The notes below the pieces were generated by a model. The model made no database searches. It was not told where the DNA came from and saw nothing but the letters and a program-made list of their open reading frames with translations. 64,000 bases of DNA. Origin: an uncultured Christensenella sp. (GTDB lineage Bacteria > Bacillota > Clostridia > Christensenellales > UBA1242). This document shows, one piece after another, positions 37,445 through 46,789 of the stretch (positions within the stretch are counted from its first letter, which is position 1; each line of letters starts with the position of its first letter). The DNA is taken from contig CAYSUK010000001.1 in NCBI GenBank assembly GCA_964434265.1, positions 175,126 to 239,125 on the forward strand, in the 5' to 3' direction. Position numbers and translations under genes: made by a program.

Positions 37445-37518
37445 AGGGGCGTAGTTCATCGGTAGAATAAGAGTCTCCAAAACTCCTGAGGAGGGTTCGA
37501 TTCCTTCCGCCCCTGCCA
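37445..37518 (+). tRNA. tRNA-Trp (anticodon CCA)
   Basis: Hand-folded cloverleaf. Acceptor AGGGGCG/CGCCCCT, D-stem GTTC/GAAT, anticodon loop CTCCAAA, T-arm GAGGG-TTCGATT-CCTTC, encoded CCA end. Confidence 0.85.
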
Positions 37519-37521
37519 TAT

Positions 37522-37554
37522 AAAAACACTCAGTTATTTGACTGAGTGTTTTTT
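37522..37554. terminator. bidirectional terminator (tRNA-Trp on +, LRR protein gene on -)
   Basis: AACACTCAGT-tatttg-ACTGAGTGTT flanked by A5 and T5. Confidence 0.75.
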
Positions 37555-37565
37555 ATTTAAATATC

Positions 37566-40328
37566 CTATTTTTCAGATAACTTTTTTATTTTGCTAGTAT
37601 AGTCACTCCAACCCGACACAGTCGTATTTACATATGTGTCATAATACTCATCAGGAACGTAGATAATAAGGTCATCGCTGTAACCAAAAAGGTTGTAACC
37701 CAATGTAGGCGGATTTGCCGAAGTAAATGTGATACTTGTAAGAGATGTATTACCACCGAATGCGCCCACGATACTTGTTACACTACTTGGGATAGTTACA
37801 CTTTTAATAGTTTTATTCTCATAAAATGCCCTTAGAATTCCATAACATTCAGGTATAGTAACATTTTCAGAAGTGCCTATATAATCTACCAGATATTTAT
37901 TTCCATCATTTCCAATTACAAATTTAAAATCACCTTCTGTCGTAATTTGACTAGTCCCACTTGTAGCCACTCTTACAGCATAATATGCTACACTACCATT
38001 ACTAGGACTACCAACCGTAATAGTTAGTGTAGATAAATTTATTACTTCTGCAAGGCGATAACATGAAGAGAATGCATTATAATCAATACTTGTTACACTT
38101 GCTGGAATAGTAATACTTGTGAGAGCTGAACAATTATAGAATGTATTATAATTAATACTTGTCACATTCTCAGGGATTGTGATACTTGTAAGTGATGTAC
38201 AATAATAGAATGCATAACTACTAATACTTGTCACATTCTCAGGGATTGTAATGCTTGTAAGTGATGTACAGCCTCGGAATGCATAATTATTAATACTTGT
38301 AAGTTGACTATTTTCAGCGAATGTCACACCTGTAAGCGCTGAACAACCATCGAATGCTTGCGAACCAATACCGGTTACACCACTTGGGATTGTGATATTT
38401 GTGAGTGATGTACAATTCATAAATGTACAAGGGGCGATATAACTAAGTTGACTATTCTCTGCAAATGTCACACTTGTAAGGGCTGTACAATCACTGAATG
38501 CCTGTAGATGGATACCTGTCACACTCGACGGGATTGTGATACTTGTGAGTGATGTACAGTTGTTGAATGCATTTTCACCAATACCTGTAACTTGCATTCC
38601 ATTGTGGCTTTCAGGTATAACTACTCTTGATATATTTTTACCTAGGACACCCAAAACTGTGACGCGGTCAGATAGAGTAAAATCATCTTGAAGAGTATAT
38701 ATAAAGCATAGCCTAGAAGAGTCGCTAGAAGTAATATTTGAAACTACGCAAGTAGACGATGTAGATAAACTTTGACCAGCAGTAACGTCGCTTGGGTCAT
38801 ATATCTCTACTACACAAAAATCAGTCAAATCAATGATAGGGATATTTAAAGTAACACTACCATTTTCAAAATTTCCAGCATCTAAATTAGAAATTGAACC
38901 ATATAAGCTATATAATATATCTAAAGCACTTACATATTTGAAATAATTTGGCAATACTAATACGCTTTTTGCTTTTGGGTTGTTTAAAGTAATGCTAACT
39001 ACTTCTAAATTTGATACTCGATAGTTTGTGTACGAATATGTAAGAGATTCAGTATCATATGAGTCAGTCATGATAGTTTGAGTGTTTGAAATATCACTAC
39101 CCAAACTATGCTTATCTGCTATCCAGTTTTGAGTAGTTTTTGTGGTGGTCATAGTCGAGTTGTTGTTTGAATACTTGACGGTTATACCAGAGATACCCAT
39201 AGCTTTAAGTTGACCCCCTAAAACATTGCTAGCTAATGCTAAAGTAAGTGACATCTCGCCATTGTCTAGATATGAGTTTGGAATAGTGACTGACACTACT
39301 CCATCGTCAGATGTCGTATAACAATCTTCTATCACTACAAGATTGGAATCTGCAAGTGCATCTTCATATGAAGCATACGAGCCTTTTACGACTATAAACT
39401 CACCCATCTCAATAACAGGCACTAGTGTTTGATCATCAGTACTGTACATCGACATCAAACTACTATCCACCATTACATATGGGAAATAGTCAAAAGTGAT
39501 ATCAAAGCCACTAGGTACATTTGATATATTGAGTGTGGAAATAATATAACCATATTCATATTCATCAGAACTAATTTTCATTGTCTCTACTACTTCAGTG
39601 CCAGTAGACTCGATAGTGGTAGTCTCGATAGTAGGCTCACCCAAAGTCAAGACTGACACACTTGGGCCTGATATACCTGAAAAGTCTTCAAAGTATGGTA
39701 TAAAGTCTACTATAGTAGTAGGTACTTCTCCGCTCTCGCTATGGATTAGGCTTTGGAGCACGATACCTGTCATAGTGATTGTACACTTTTGACCACTGGC
39801 CGAATTACCGAGTGAGTTTGGGAATGTGATAGGGACTGTGAATTTGATAGTAATACCGCTTGTGGTAGGTGTAAATACTTTTAGATTTGCTGTGTTTGAT
39901 TTTTCTGCTAGGTACAAGTCACCATTGTATACTACCATGACTGTATCTGTAGACTTTGTGCCATTGATAGTGACGTCATATGTACTACCTGCGGTGAGTG
40001 TAAGTTTTGCGCCCGTAGAGCCTGCTTTGAGTGATGGGATTACTTTTAGTACTCCGCTTGTAGGGTCGCCATCTGTTCCGTTTTTCACTACAAGTGTAGT
40101 CTCTACATCGACTGTTTGGCTAGGCACGACTGTGAGTCCGTCGCTAGTCGCGACTGACACACCATTCTCGCCATCAAACTCGATTGATGCACCGAGTTTG
40201 ATTTCTGTACTGCCACTCTTACTATCGCCAAAGAATGTGAGTGTTATGCCGACGGTCAGACCGACACAAGCGACTAGTATGAGTGCCATGCAAACTAGCA
40301 TTTTGTGAAATTTAAATTGACTCTTCAT
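37566..40328 (-). CDS. surface protein: SipW-type signal peptide + TasA/camelysin-like N-domain + central region + BspA-type leucine-rich repeats
   Basis: The N-terminus MKSQFKFHKMLVCMALILVACVGLTVGITLTFFGDSKSGSTEIKLGASIEF matches the TasA/CalY class of signal peptides (..GGTFAYFSD..). The C-terminal half holds about 9-10 LRRs of ~23 aa (FxxCTSLTSITIPxSVTSI). Confidence 0.8.
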   Translation of the reverse strand: MKSQFKFHKMLVCMALILVACVGLTVGITLTFFGDSKSGSTEIKLGASIEFDGENGVSVATSDGLTVVPSQTVDVETTLVVKNGTDGDPTSGVLKVIPSLKAGSTGAKLTLTAGSTYDVTINGTKSTDTVMVVYNGDLYLAEKSNTANLKVFTPTTSGITIKFTVPITFPNSLGNSASGQKCTITMTGIVLQSLIHSESGEVPTTIVDFIPYFEDFSGISGPSVSVLTLGEPTIETTTIESTGTEVVETMKISSDEYEYGYIISTLNISNVPSGFDITFDYFPYVMVDSSLMSMYSTDDQTLVPVIEMGEFIVVKGSYASYEDALADSNLVVIEDCYTTSDDGVVSVTIPNSYLDNGEMSLTLALASNVLGGQLKAMGISGITVKYSNNNSTMTTTKTTQNWIADKHSLGSDISNTQTIMTDSYDTESLTYSYTNYRVSNLEVVSITLNNPKAKSVLVLPNYFKYVSALDILYSLYGSISNLDAGNFENGSVTLNIPIIDLTDFCVVEIYDPSDVTAGQSLSTSSTCVVSNITSSDSSRLCFIYTLQDDFTLSDRVTVLGVLGKNISRVVIPESHNGMQVTGIGENAFNNCTSLTSITIPSSVTGIHLQAFSDCTALTSVTFAENSQLSYIAPCTFMNCTSLTNITIPSGVTGIGSQAFDGCSALTGVTFAENSQLTSINNYAFRGCTSLTSITIPENVTSISSYAFYYCTSLTSITIPENVTSINYNTFYNCSALTSITIPASVTSIDYNAFSSCYRLAEVINLSTLTITVGSPSNGSVAYYAVRVATSGTSQITTEGDFKFVIGNDGNKYLVDYIGTSENVTIPECYGILRAFYENKTIKSVTIPSSVTSIVGAFGGNTSLTSITFTSANPPTLGYNLFGYSDDLIIYVPDEYYDTYVNTTVSGWSDYTSKIKKLSEK
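38157..38277. repeat. near-identical 69-bp-period tandem repeat inside the LRR coding region
   Basis: ACTTGTCACATTCTCAGGGATTGT(G/A)AT(A/G)CTTGTAAGTGATGTACA occurs at 38157 and again at 38226. The copies encode TIPENVTSI..YCTSLTS. More diverged copies span ~37990-38600. Confidence 0.8.
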
Positions 40329-40540
40329 TAGTTTTCTCCATTTTTATTCTACCCATATATGGGTGGATTTATATATATTTATAAAGGTATATATGTAGAT
40401 ATATCCACATACTTTCCCCTACAAATCTATTTTACCCCCCCCCCCTATGGGGTGTGTCAAGCGATTTTGCATAAGTTGTGGGAAAAAGTGGTAGTTTTGA
40501 GTAGTTTTGGAGTGAAAACGGGAATGAGTTATGCACAAAA
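39686..40540. repeat. copy A of the duplicated promoter/leader/signal-peptide/TasA-like-domain cassette
   Basis: Aligns with 60873-61717. Similarity is detectable from ~39686 and is near-identical from ~39790 to 40540, covering the first ~180-213 codons plus ~210 nt upstream. Confidence 0.85.
40429..40460 (-). promoter_or_regulatory. promoter with poly-G tract in the spacer (copy A, G11)
   Basis: The minus strand reads TTGACA-caccccata-GGGGGGGGGGG-TAAAAT. The -35 is at 40455-40460, the -10 at 40429-40434, the spacer is 20 nt, and the C11 run on the + strand is at 40435-40445. Confidence 0.55.
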
Positions 40541-40571
40541 AAAGAACCACTTATATTTAAGTGGTTTCTTT
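40534..40571 (-). terminator. rho-independent terminator of rny
   Basis: Minus strand: GAAACCACTTA-aatat-AAGTGGTTC (one bulge) followed by T7. Confidence 0.65.
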
Positions 40572-40586
40572 ATAAATATTTATATA

Positions 40587-42182
40587 TTATTTTGCGTAAT
40601 CTACACTACGTGTTTCACGAATAACATTTACTTTGATTTGGCCTGGATATTCCATTTCTTTTTCAATTTTACTTGCGATATCTTTTGCCAAGAACAATGC
40701 TTGTTCGTCAGATATTTCTTCTGGTTTTACAATTATACGAATCTCTCTGCCGGCTTGGATTGCAAAGCTCTTATCAACACCCTTAAAGTCATTTGCAATG
40801 GATTCAAGTTGTTGGAGACGTTTGATATAGTTTTCAAGCGATTCACGACGAGCACCCGGACGGCTACTACTTATAGCGTCAGCGGTTTGAACCAAAATGG
40901 CTTCGAGACTTTCGTATTCTACTCCGCCATGATGTGCTTCGATACAATGGATTACTTCTTTGCTTTCCTTATATTTTGTAGCAAGGTCAACACCGATAGT
41001 TACGTGTGTTCCTTCTACTTCATGGTCTACAGCTTTACCGATGTCATGTAGTAGTCCGCCACGTTTTGCAATATTTGCATTTGCGCCTACTTCTTCAGCA
41101 AGAAGACCAGCAAGATATGCTACTTCGATAGAGTGTTTTAGTACGTTTTGGCCATAACTTGTACGATATTTTAGACGGCCTAGTACTTTTATTAGTTCGG
41201 GGTGCATACCATGAATGCCAACATCAAATACAGCACTCTCGCCTGCTTCTTTTATAGTTAGTTCCATTTCACGGCTGACTTTGTCTACCATTTCTTCGAT
41301 ACGAGAAGGTTGGATTCGACCATCAAGCATAAGTTTTTCAAGGCTTATACGTGCAATTTCTCTTCGTACCGGGTCAAAGCAACTAAGCACGACTGCTTCT
41401 GGGGTATCGTCAATAATAAGGTCAACACCTGTTGCATTTTCAAGTGCTCTAATATTACGACCTTCACGACCAATAATACGGCCTTTCATTTCATCGCTTG
41501 GTAGTGGAACGGTCGATACTGTAACGTCGCTTGTGTGCTCAACAGCAGTTTTTTGAATAGCAAGTGTAACTATTTCCTTTGCCTTTTTCTCGGCTTCGTC
41601 ACGTGCTGTTTGCTCTATATTGCGTACAAGAATAGCGGCATCTTTCTTGGCATCTTCTTCATATCTAGATACAAGTTCGGCCTTAGCTTCTTCTTTTGTC
41701 ATTTTTGAGATTTTTTCAAGCTCGGCAATCATACTTTTTGTAATGTTGTTTTGCTCTTCAATCTTCTTATTTATGACATCTTCTTTGTTTTTAAGTTCGA
41801 GTTTTGCATTGTCAAGAGCGTCACTCTTGCGGTCTAGCATCTCTTCTTTTTTGTTTATAAAATCTTCCCTTTGGTTTATGCGGTTTTCACTACGTTGTAT
41901 TTCGGCACGACGTTCCTTTATTTCCGCATCACAATCGGTTTTGAGTTTCAAAACCTCGTCTTTTGCTTCTAGGATAGCCTCTTTTTTTAAGTTTTTTGCT
42001 TCGTTTTGTGCTTCCGCCAACAATTCGTCAATCGATGTTTTGCTATCGGACAACTTCTTTTTATTTACAGCATTTACTACTATTATGCTTACAGGTACAC
42101 TTACTACAAGCACAACCAATGCCACAATAACACTTAAAAGAACGGAGGATATTCCTAGAAATGAATACATATTTAGCATCAT
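40587..42182 (-). CDS. rny: ribonuclease Y
   Basis: N-terminal TM, coiled-coil, KH domain and HD domain (LLHDIGKA). 531 aa. Confidence 0.95.
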   Translation of the reverse strand: MMLNMYSFLGISSVLLSVIVALVVLVVSVPVSIIVVNAVNKKKLSDSKTSIDELLAEAQNEAKNLKKEAILEAKDEVLKLKTDCDAEIKERRAEIQRSENRINQREDFINKKEEMLDRKSDALDNAKLELKNKEDVINKKIEEQNNITKSMIAELEKISKMTKEEAKAELVSRYEEDAKKDAAILVRNIEQTARDEAEKKAKEIVTLAIQKTAVEHTSDVTVSTVPLPSDEMKGRIIGREGRNIRALENATGVDLIIDDTPEAVVLSCFDPVRREIARISLEKLMLDGRIQPSRIEEMVDKVSREMELTIKEAGESAVFDVGIHGMHPELIKVLGRLKYRTSYGQNVLKHSIEVAYLAGLLAEEVGANANIAKRGGLLHDIGKAVDHEVEGTHVTIGVDLATKYKESKEVIHCIEAHHGGVEYESLEAILVQTADAISSSRPGARRESLENYIKRLQQLESIANDFKGVDKSFAIQAGREIRIIVKPEEISDEQALFLAKDIASKIEKEMEYPGQIKVNVIRETRSVDYAK

Positions 42183-42342
42183 TTCTTTTCTCCCTTTTAA
42201 TGTTTATATAATAAAACAAATATGTTTTGATTTCTATTATACAACCTTATATTATCCCATATCAAAACATTTGTCAAATAAAAAGCAAAACAACATTTCT
42301 AAATATTGTTGTTTTGCCAAATTATTACAAATATTGAGTTTG

Positions 42343-43497
42343 TTATTTACCTATCTCCACAATCTCAATAGTCGACATTGCTTCTTCGATTAGTTTTTCA
42401 ATATCAAGTTTTGACTCTTCAAGTTCGGCTTGTTCGACCCTAGGTTTGATCACAGGATGGTCTGGCAAGAATACGGTACAACAATCTTCATATGGCAAGA
42501 TTGATGTATTAAAAGTATTGATTTTTTGTGCAATTTCTATGATATCGTCTTTATCCATCGCTATAAGCGGTCTCATTACAGGCACAGATTTTACGACATC
42601 ATTTGTCACTGTTATACTCTCGATTGTTTGGCTAGCAACTTGTCCCAAGCTCTCGCCAGTAATAATAGTTTGGAGTTTGTATTTTTTACAAACTCGTTCT
42701 GCGATACGCATCATAATACGTCGCATAATTGTTATCATAAAATCGTCACGACAGCACTTGTGTATTTCTTCTTGGATATGAGTAAAACTGCACACAAACA
42801 ATCTGATGTGTCCAGTATATTCGGTCATAATGTTTGCAAGTTCAACGACCTTGTCACGAGCTTGTTGGCTGGTGTAAGGATAACTATGAAAATGTAGTGC
42901 GGAAAGAGTAAGTCCACGTCTTGCCATAACAAACCCCGCAACAGGGCTATCAATACCGCCAGATAGCAAGAGCAACCCTTTTCCGCCAGTACCAAGTGGC
43001 AAACCCATTGCACCTTTGATTGATTCTGAAAACACAAATGTCTTTTTATTTTCACGAATATCAACATTTACAATATGTTCGGGATTATGCAAATCTACAC
43101 TAAGGTCAGGATTGTTTTTAAGTATTAGTCCACCAAGATGAGCTGAAAGTTGTTGGGAATTTAACTCAAATGTTTTATCAGCCCTATTAACTTTTACCTT
43201 AAACGTTCCATAAAGTCTTATCTCGGAAACAAGTTTCTCGATATTTTCAAGCGTACTATCTACCATATCAGACGGACTAATAGAATGTATGCCAAACACC
43301 TTGGTTAGTTTTTCAATTATCTCACTTTCAATATTCTCATCATAACCAGTAACAATATACCTACCCGAAGTTTTTATAAAATCGTATTCAAAACCATCTA
43401 AATGTTTTGCTATATTTTGGGTCAAAACCTTCTCAAAATAGTTTTTATTGTTACCTTTTAAAAATAATTCGCCATATCTTATAAGTATCGCTCTCAT
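42343..43497 (-). CDS. thiI: tRNA 4-thiouridine synthase ThiI
   Basis: THUMP domain and PP-loop SGGIDSPVA. Overlaps the upstream cysteine desulfurase gene by 4 nt. Confidence 0.9.
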   Translation of the reverse strand: MRAILIRYGELFLKGNNKNYFEKVLTQNIAKHLDGFEYDFIKTSGRYIVTGYDENIESEIIEKLTKVFGIHSISPSDMVDSTLENIEKLVSEIRLYGTFKVKVNRADKTFELNSQQLSAHLGGLILKNNPDLSVDLHNPEHIVNVDIRENKKTFVFSESIKGAMGLPLGTGGKGLLLLSGGIDSPVAGFVMARRGLTLSALHFHSYPYTSQQARDKVVELANIMTEYTGHIRLFVCSFTHIQEEIHKCCRDDFMITIMRRIMMRIAERVCKKYKLQTIITGESLGQVASQTIESITVTNDVVKSVPVMRPLIAMDKDDIIEIAQKINTFNTSILPYEDCCTVFLPDHPVIKPRVEQAELEESKLDIEKLIEEAMSTIEIVEIGK

Positions 43498-44633
43498 CTT
43501 CCTGTACCTTCTTTATATTCCTTGATTACTTTATTAAATGCTTGTACAAATGCCCTAATTTCTTCTATAGTATTATACTCGCTAAAACTTATCCTTAAAG
43601 CACCTTCGATTTCATTGTCTACAAAACCACTTTCCTTAAGTACTCTATTGCCACGTTTTTTAGTACTACATGCCGAACCATTTCCTATCATAAATCCTTC
43701 ATCGTCAAGTTTGTGAAGCAGTGTTTCGCCACGCAAATTTTTGCAGAGTAAAGAAACAACATATGGCGAACACTTGTCGTCGGAAACAATAATGGGTTTG
43801 TATTCAATTTTGTCAAGTTCTGTAAGTAGAGTGTCTTTTAATTTAGTTATGTAATCATAATTTATTGTTTGGTTTTGTTTTGCCAATTTAACTGCTTCTG
43901 CAAATGCCATTATCCCTGACACATTTTCTGTTCCACTTCTAAGTCCATTTTCTTGACCACCGCCAAAAACTTGTGGTCGAAGATTTATCCCAGATTTTAC
44001 ATACAATCCACCTACACCCTTTGGGCCGTGAATTTTATGAGCGGTAATTGTGTACATGTCGACACCAAGTGTCGTTACATTTACATCAAGTTTGCCATAT
44101 GCTTGCACGCCATCACAATGAAAAATGAGATTTTTATTGACATTTTTAGCATATTTTACTAGTTTTTGGATATTGTTTATGGCGCCTGTCTCATTTGAAA
44201 CATGCATAATAGACACAAAACAAACTTCTTTGGTTAGTTTCTTTTTAAAGTCAACTTCATCTACTCCACCTGTTTGGTTAAGCAAAATAAAGTCAACATC
44301 ATACCCTAGATTTTTAAGTTCTAGTGCAGTATTGTACATTGATGGGTGTTCTCCGGCAGAGATAAGTATCTTCCCTTTTTTAAATCTTTTAGCCACATTT
44401 AGAGCAATATTATTTGCTTCCGTAGCACCACTAGTAAAGACAAAATTGTCACCAATTTTACCACCCAAACACGACAATATCTCCTTTCTCGCCTTGGTTA
44501 TGTCATTTGCAATTTTTGTTCCATTTTTATATAGTGCACCAGGATTATAGTATTCATTTTCGTTATATTTTAATAACAATTCGCTTAAATCATGATGCAT
44601 TTTTGTTGTGCTAGCATTATCTAAAAATACCAT
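43494..44633 (-). CDS. cysteine desulfurase (NifS/IscS family)
   Basis: PLP-lysine context AHKIHGPKG and active-site cysteine GSACS. Pairing with thiI is typical of Firmicutes. Confidence 0.9.
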   Translation of the reverse strand: MVFLDNASTTKMHHDLSELLLKYNENEYYNPGALYKNGTKIANDITKARKEILSCLGGKIGDNFVFTSGATEANNIALNVAKRFKKGKILISAGEHPSMYNTALELKNLGYDVDFILLNQTGGVDEVDFKKKLTKEVCFVSIMHVSNETGAINNIQKLVKYAKNVNKNLIFHCDGVQAYGKLDVNVTTLGVDMYTITAHKIHGPKGVGGLYVKSGINLRPQVFGGGQENGLRSGTENVSGIMAFAEAVKLAKQNQTINYDYITKLKDTLLTELDKIEYKPIIVSDDKCSPYVVSLLCKNLRGETLLHKLDDEGFMIGNGSACSTKKRGNRVLKESGFVDNEIEGALRISFSEYNTIEEIRAFVQAFNKVIKEYKEGTGR

Positions 44634-44694
44634 ATAATTTCTCCAATTTACATGGTATTATAGCACATATATTTAAAATATACAATTACAAATT

Positions 44695-45369
44695 TTAGTA
44701 TGGAACAAAGTTTAGAAGTGTAGACAAACTATCGCTATACAAATACACTTCAGGTACGCTTCCTATTAGTATGCTCTCACTTATCAAAACTTGTTGGGAC
44801 GTACTAAACTTTCTAGTATACAAAGGCATTACAATACCTACATTTGCATTTATAGTGATATAAATTCTGTGTATTGTCTGGTTAATTCCCGCCTGCTCAA
44901 AGTCTGACACAAATTTACAATGAACCGACCCTATTGGTGTTATTTTTAAATTTACATTTGGGCCACTGCCCGACAAAATTGGCACTCCAGAAAACGCACC
45001 CAAAGGTATCTCGACACCCAAATCACCATAATCATCAATTAGTTTTTCTGTTGTTTGTGCAAGTTGTTTTGAAATATTGTTTGCCTCTACAGCATTTGCT
45101 TGTATCATTGTTATGTTCCCAAGGTCGTCAGTAACTATTGTGATAAGATTATCATATCTCACTCCACGGCTAACAACGATGTTTATAGCTTCATTTATTG
45201 CACTGGTCGATAAAGCTTTGCTTTTAAGCTCAATAGTGTTTATCAAAACCGGATTTACAAACAGTGCAAAAATAAGAACAACTACAAATACACACAAAAA
45301 GAGAATAAGTAAAAACTTACTTCTCTTTCCAAATCTCCGCTTATTTTTATTTTTGGTACAAGCCTTCAT
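44695..45369 (-). CDS. yunB: sporulation protein YunB
   Basis: N-terminal TM and the YunB-like core (ITPIGSV...AGINQTIHRIY). Confidence 0.65.
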   Translation of the reverse strand: MKACTKNKNKRRFGKRSKFLLILFLCVFVVVLIFALFVNPVLINTIELKSKALSTSAINEAINIVVSRGVRYDNLITIVTDDLGNITMIQANAVEANNISKQLAQTTEKLIDDYGDLGVEIPLGAFSGVPILSGSGPNVNLKITPIGSVHCKFVSDFEQAGINQTIHRIYITINANVGIVMPLYTRKFSTSQQVLISESILIGSVPEVYLYSDSLSTLLNFVPY

Positions 45370-45405
45370 ACAATATGATATGACTTTTGTTGTTTTTTAT
45401 GAAAA

Positions 45406-45771
45406 CTAATACTTTTTTGTTCGACTACTAAATATCAATGCGAAAATGTAAGCAAATATAATTGCAGCAGATATTCCGCCCGCTGTTGCTGTCAGACCGC
45501 CTGTAAATGCACCGAGCAATCCCTTATCTTTGACTGCATCAATTGCGCCCTTTGCGAGACTTCGACCAAAGCCTGTAATCGGCACAGTCGCCCCTGCACT
45601 CGCAAAAGCAACAATAGGGTCATACAAATCAAAGGCTTCCAACACGGCACCAATACACACAAACAATACAAGTATCCTTGCACTTGTCATATTCGTTCTT
45701 ATAATCAAAAGTTGACCAAGCATGCAAATAAATCCACCAACTAAAAAAACTTTAAGATACAACAACCACAT
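45406..45771 (-). CDS. spoVAE: stage V sporulation protein AE
   Basis: 121-aa membrane protein with the GATVPITGFG motif. Last gene of the spoVAC-D-E set. Confidence 0.85.
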   Translation of the reverse strand: MWLLYLKVFLVGGFICMLGQLLIIRTNMTSARILVLFVCIGAVLEAFDLYDPIVAFASAGATVPITGFGRSLAKGAIDAVKDKGLLGAFTGGLTATAGGISAAIIFAYIFALIFSSRTKKY

Positions 45772-46781
45772 TACAAACCCTCCTCGCTTTCAATCACTAT
45801 CGCATGACATATTCCAGGTATTGAATCCCCTTGCTGACTACTCAGTGGACTCAGTAATGCACCTGTAGGTGCAAACAACACTTTCTTCAACTCGCCACTT
45901 TTAAGCTTTGACATAATGTATGAATTAAATACAGCCGCACTACAACCAGCACCACTTCCGCCTTGAAATGTTTTTTGATTATCATTAAACATCATCTGAC
46001 CGCAATCACAATAATTGTTTTTAAGTTTGATGCCTTTATTTTCAAGAAGGTCTATCAGTGTGTCGCTCCCAAGTTTGCCCAGGTCGCCAGTTACAATAAG
46101 GTCATAATCATCAGGTGTAGTTTTAGTGTTTTTGAAATGATTTAGTAAAGTATCCATTGCTGCAGGTGCCATTGCGCCACCCATATTATTAACATCTTTT
46201 ACATCATAGTCAATCACTCTTCCAAAAGTGATCGAGCTTATATATGGCCCACGACCTTTGTTAGACAAGACCGAACATCCACCGCCAGTAATTGTCCATT
46301 GACTTGTGGGCGGACGTTGATTTCCAAGTTCGAGCGGATAACGATATTGGCGTTCTACAGAACTGAAATGACTTACCGTCGAACATGAAACCTTATTTAA
46401 ATAACCACCATCGACCAATATTGCACCCACCCCCAACGTAAGTGCCATTGTAGAACATGCTCCATAGAGACCAACATATTGCAACTCAAGTTCACGTGCT
46501 GCAAAACTAGAAGAAATTATTTGATTAAGAAGGTCGCCACTTAGCATTAAATCAATGTCCTTTTTATTTAATCCCGCATCTTTTATAGCACCTTCTATCA
46601 CATTGATGGCAATTTGTCTTTCTGCTTTTTCAAAAGACTTTTCACCCAACATATCATCTTCCAAAATTCGATGAAAATATTTTTTAAAATTTCCATATCC
46701 TTCTTTACTACCAACAATCGAATAATTCCCGATTATCCTTGGCTTGTTTTTAAGGAAAATAGTTATATTGTTTTTACCCAT
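45771..46781 (-). CDS. spoVAD: stage V sporulation protein AD
   Basis: 336 aa, thiolase-like fold, typical SpoVAD sequence. Flanked by spoVAC and spoVAE. Confidence 0.9.
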   Translation of the reverse strand: MGKNNITIFLKNKPRIIGNYSIVGSKEGYGNFKKYFHRILEDDMLGEKSFEKAERQIAINVIEGAIKDAGLNKKDIDLMLSGDLLNQIISSSFAARELELQYVGLYGACSTMALTLGVGAILVDGGYLNKVSCSTVSHFSSVERQYRYPLELGNQRPPTSQWTITGGGCSVLSNKGRGPYISSITFGRVIDYDVKDVNNMGGAMAPAAMDTLLNHFKNTKTTPDDYDLIVTGDLGKLGSDTLIDLLENKGIKLKNNYCDCGQMMFNDNQKTFQGGSGAGCSAAVFNSYIMSKLKSGELKKVLFAPTGALLSPLSSQQGDSIPGICHAIVIESEEGL

Positions 46782-46789
46782 CTTCTCTC

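Noticed and set aside
37990-38650. Regularly spaced ~69-bp repeats that superficially resemble a repeat-spacer array
   Set aside because: They are in frame within a long ORF and encode 23-aa leucine-rich repeats. This is not a CRISPR array, and no CRISPR array is present in the window.
39826-40308. 160-aa plus-strand ORF conserved with 61014-61496
   Set aside because: Its conservation is a by-product of the duplicated cassette on the other strand. It is antisense to the TasA-like domain and has no RBS.
40359-41051. 230-aa plus-strand ORF starting in the cassette promoter region
   Set aside because: It runs antisense into rny. The equivalent frame in copy B stops after 8 codons, so it is not conserved.
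41620-42393. 257-aa plus-strand ORF overlapping rny and the rny-thiI gap
   Set aside because: It is the antisense shadow of rny. The translation is S/F/L-rich low complexity with no start context.
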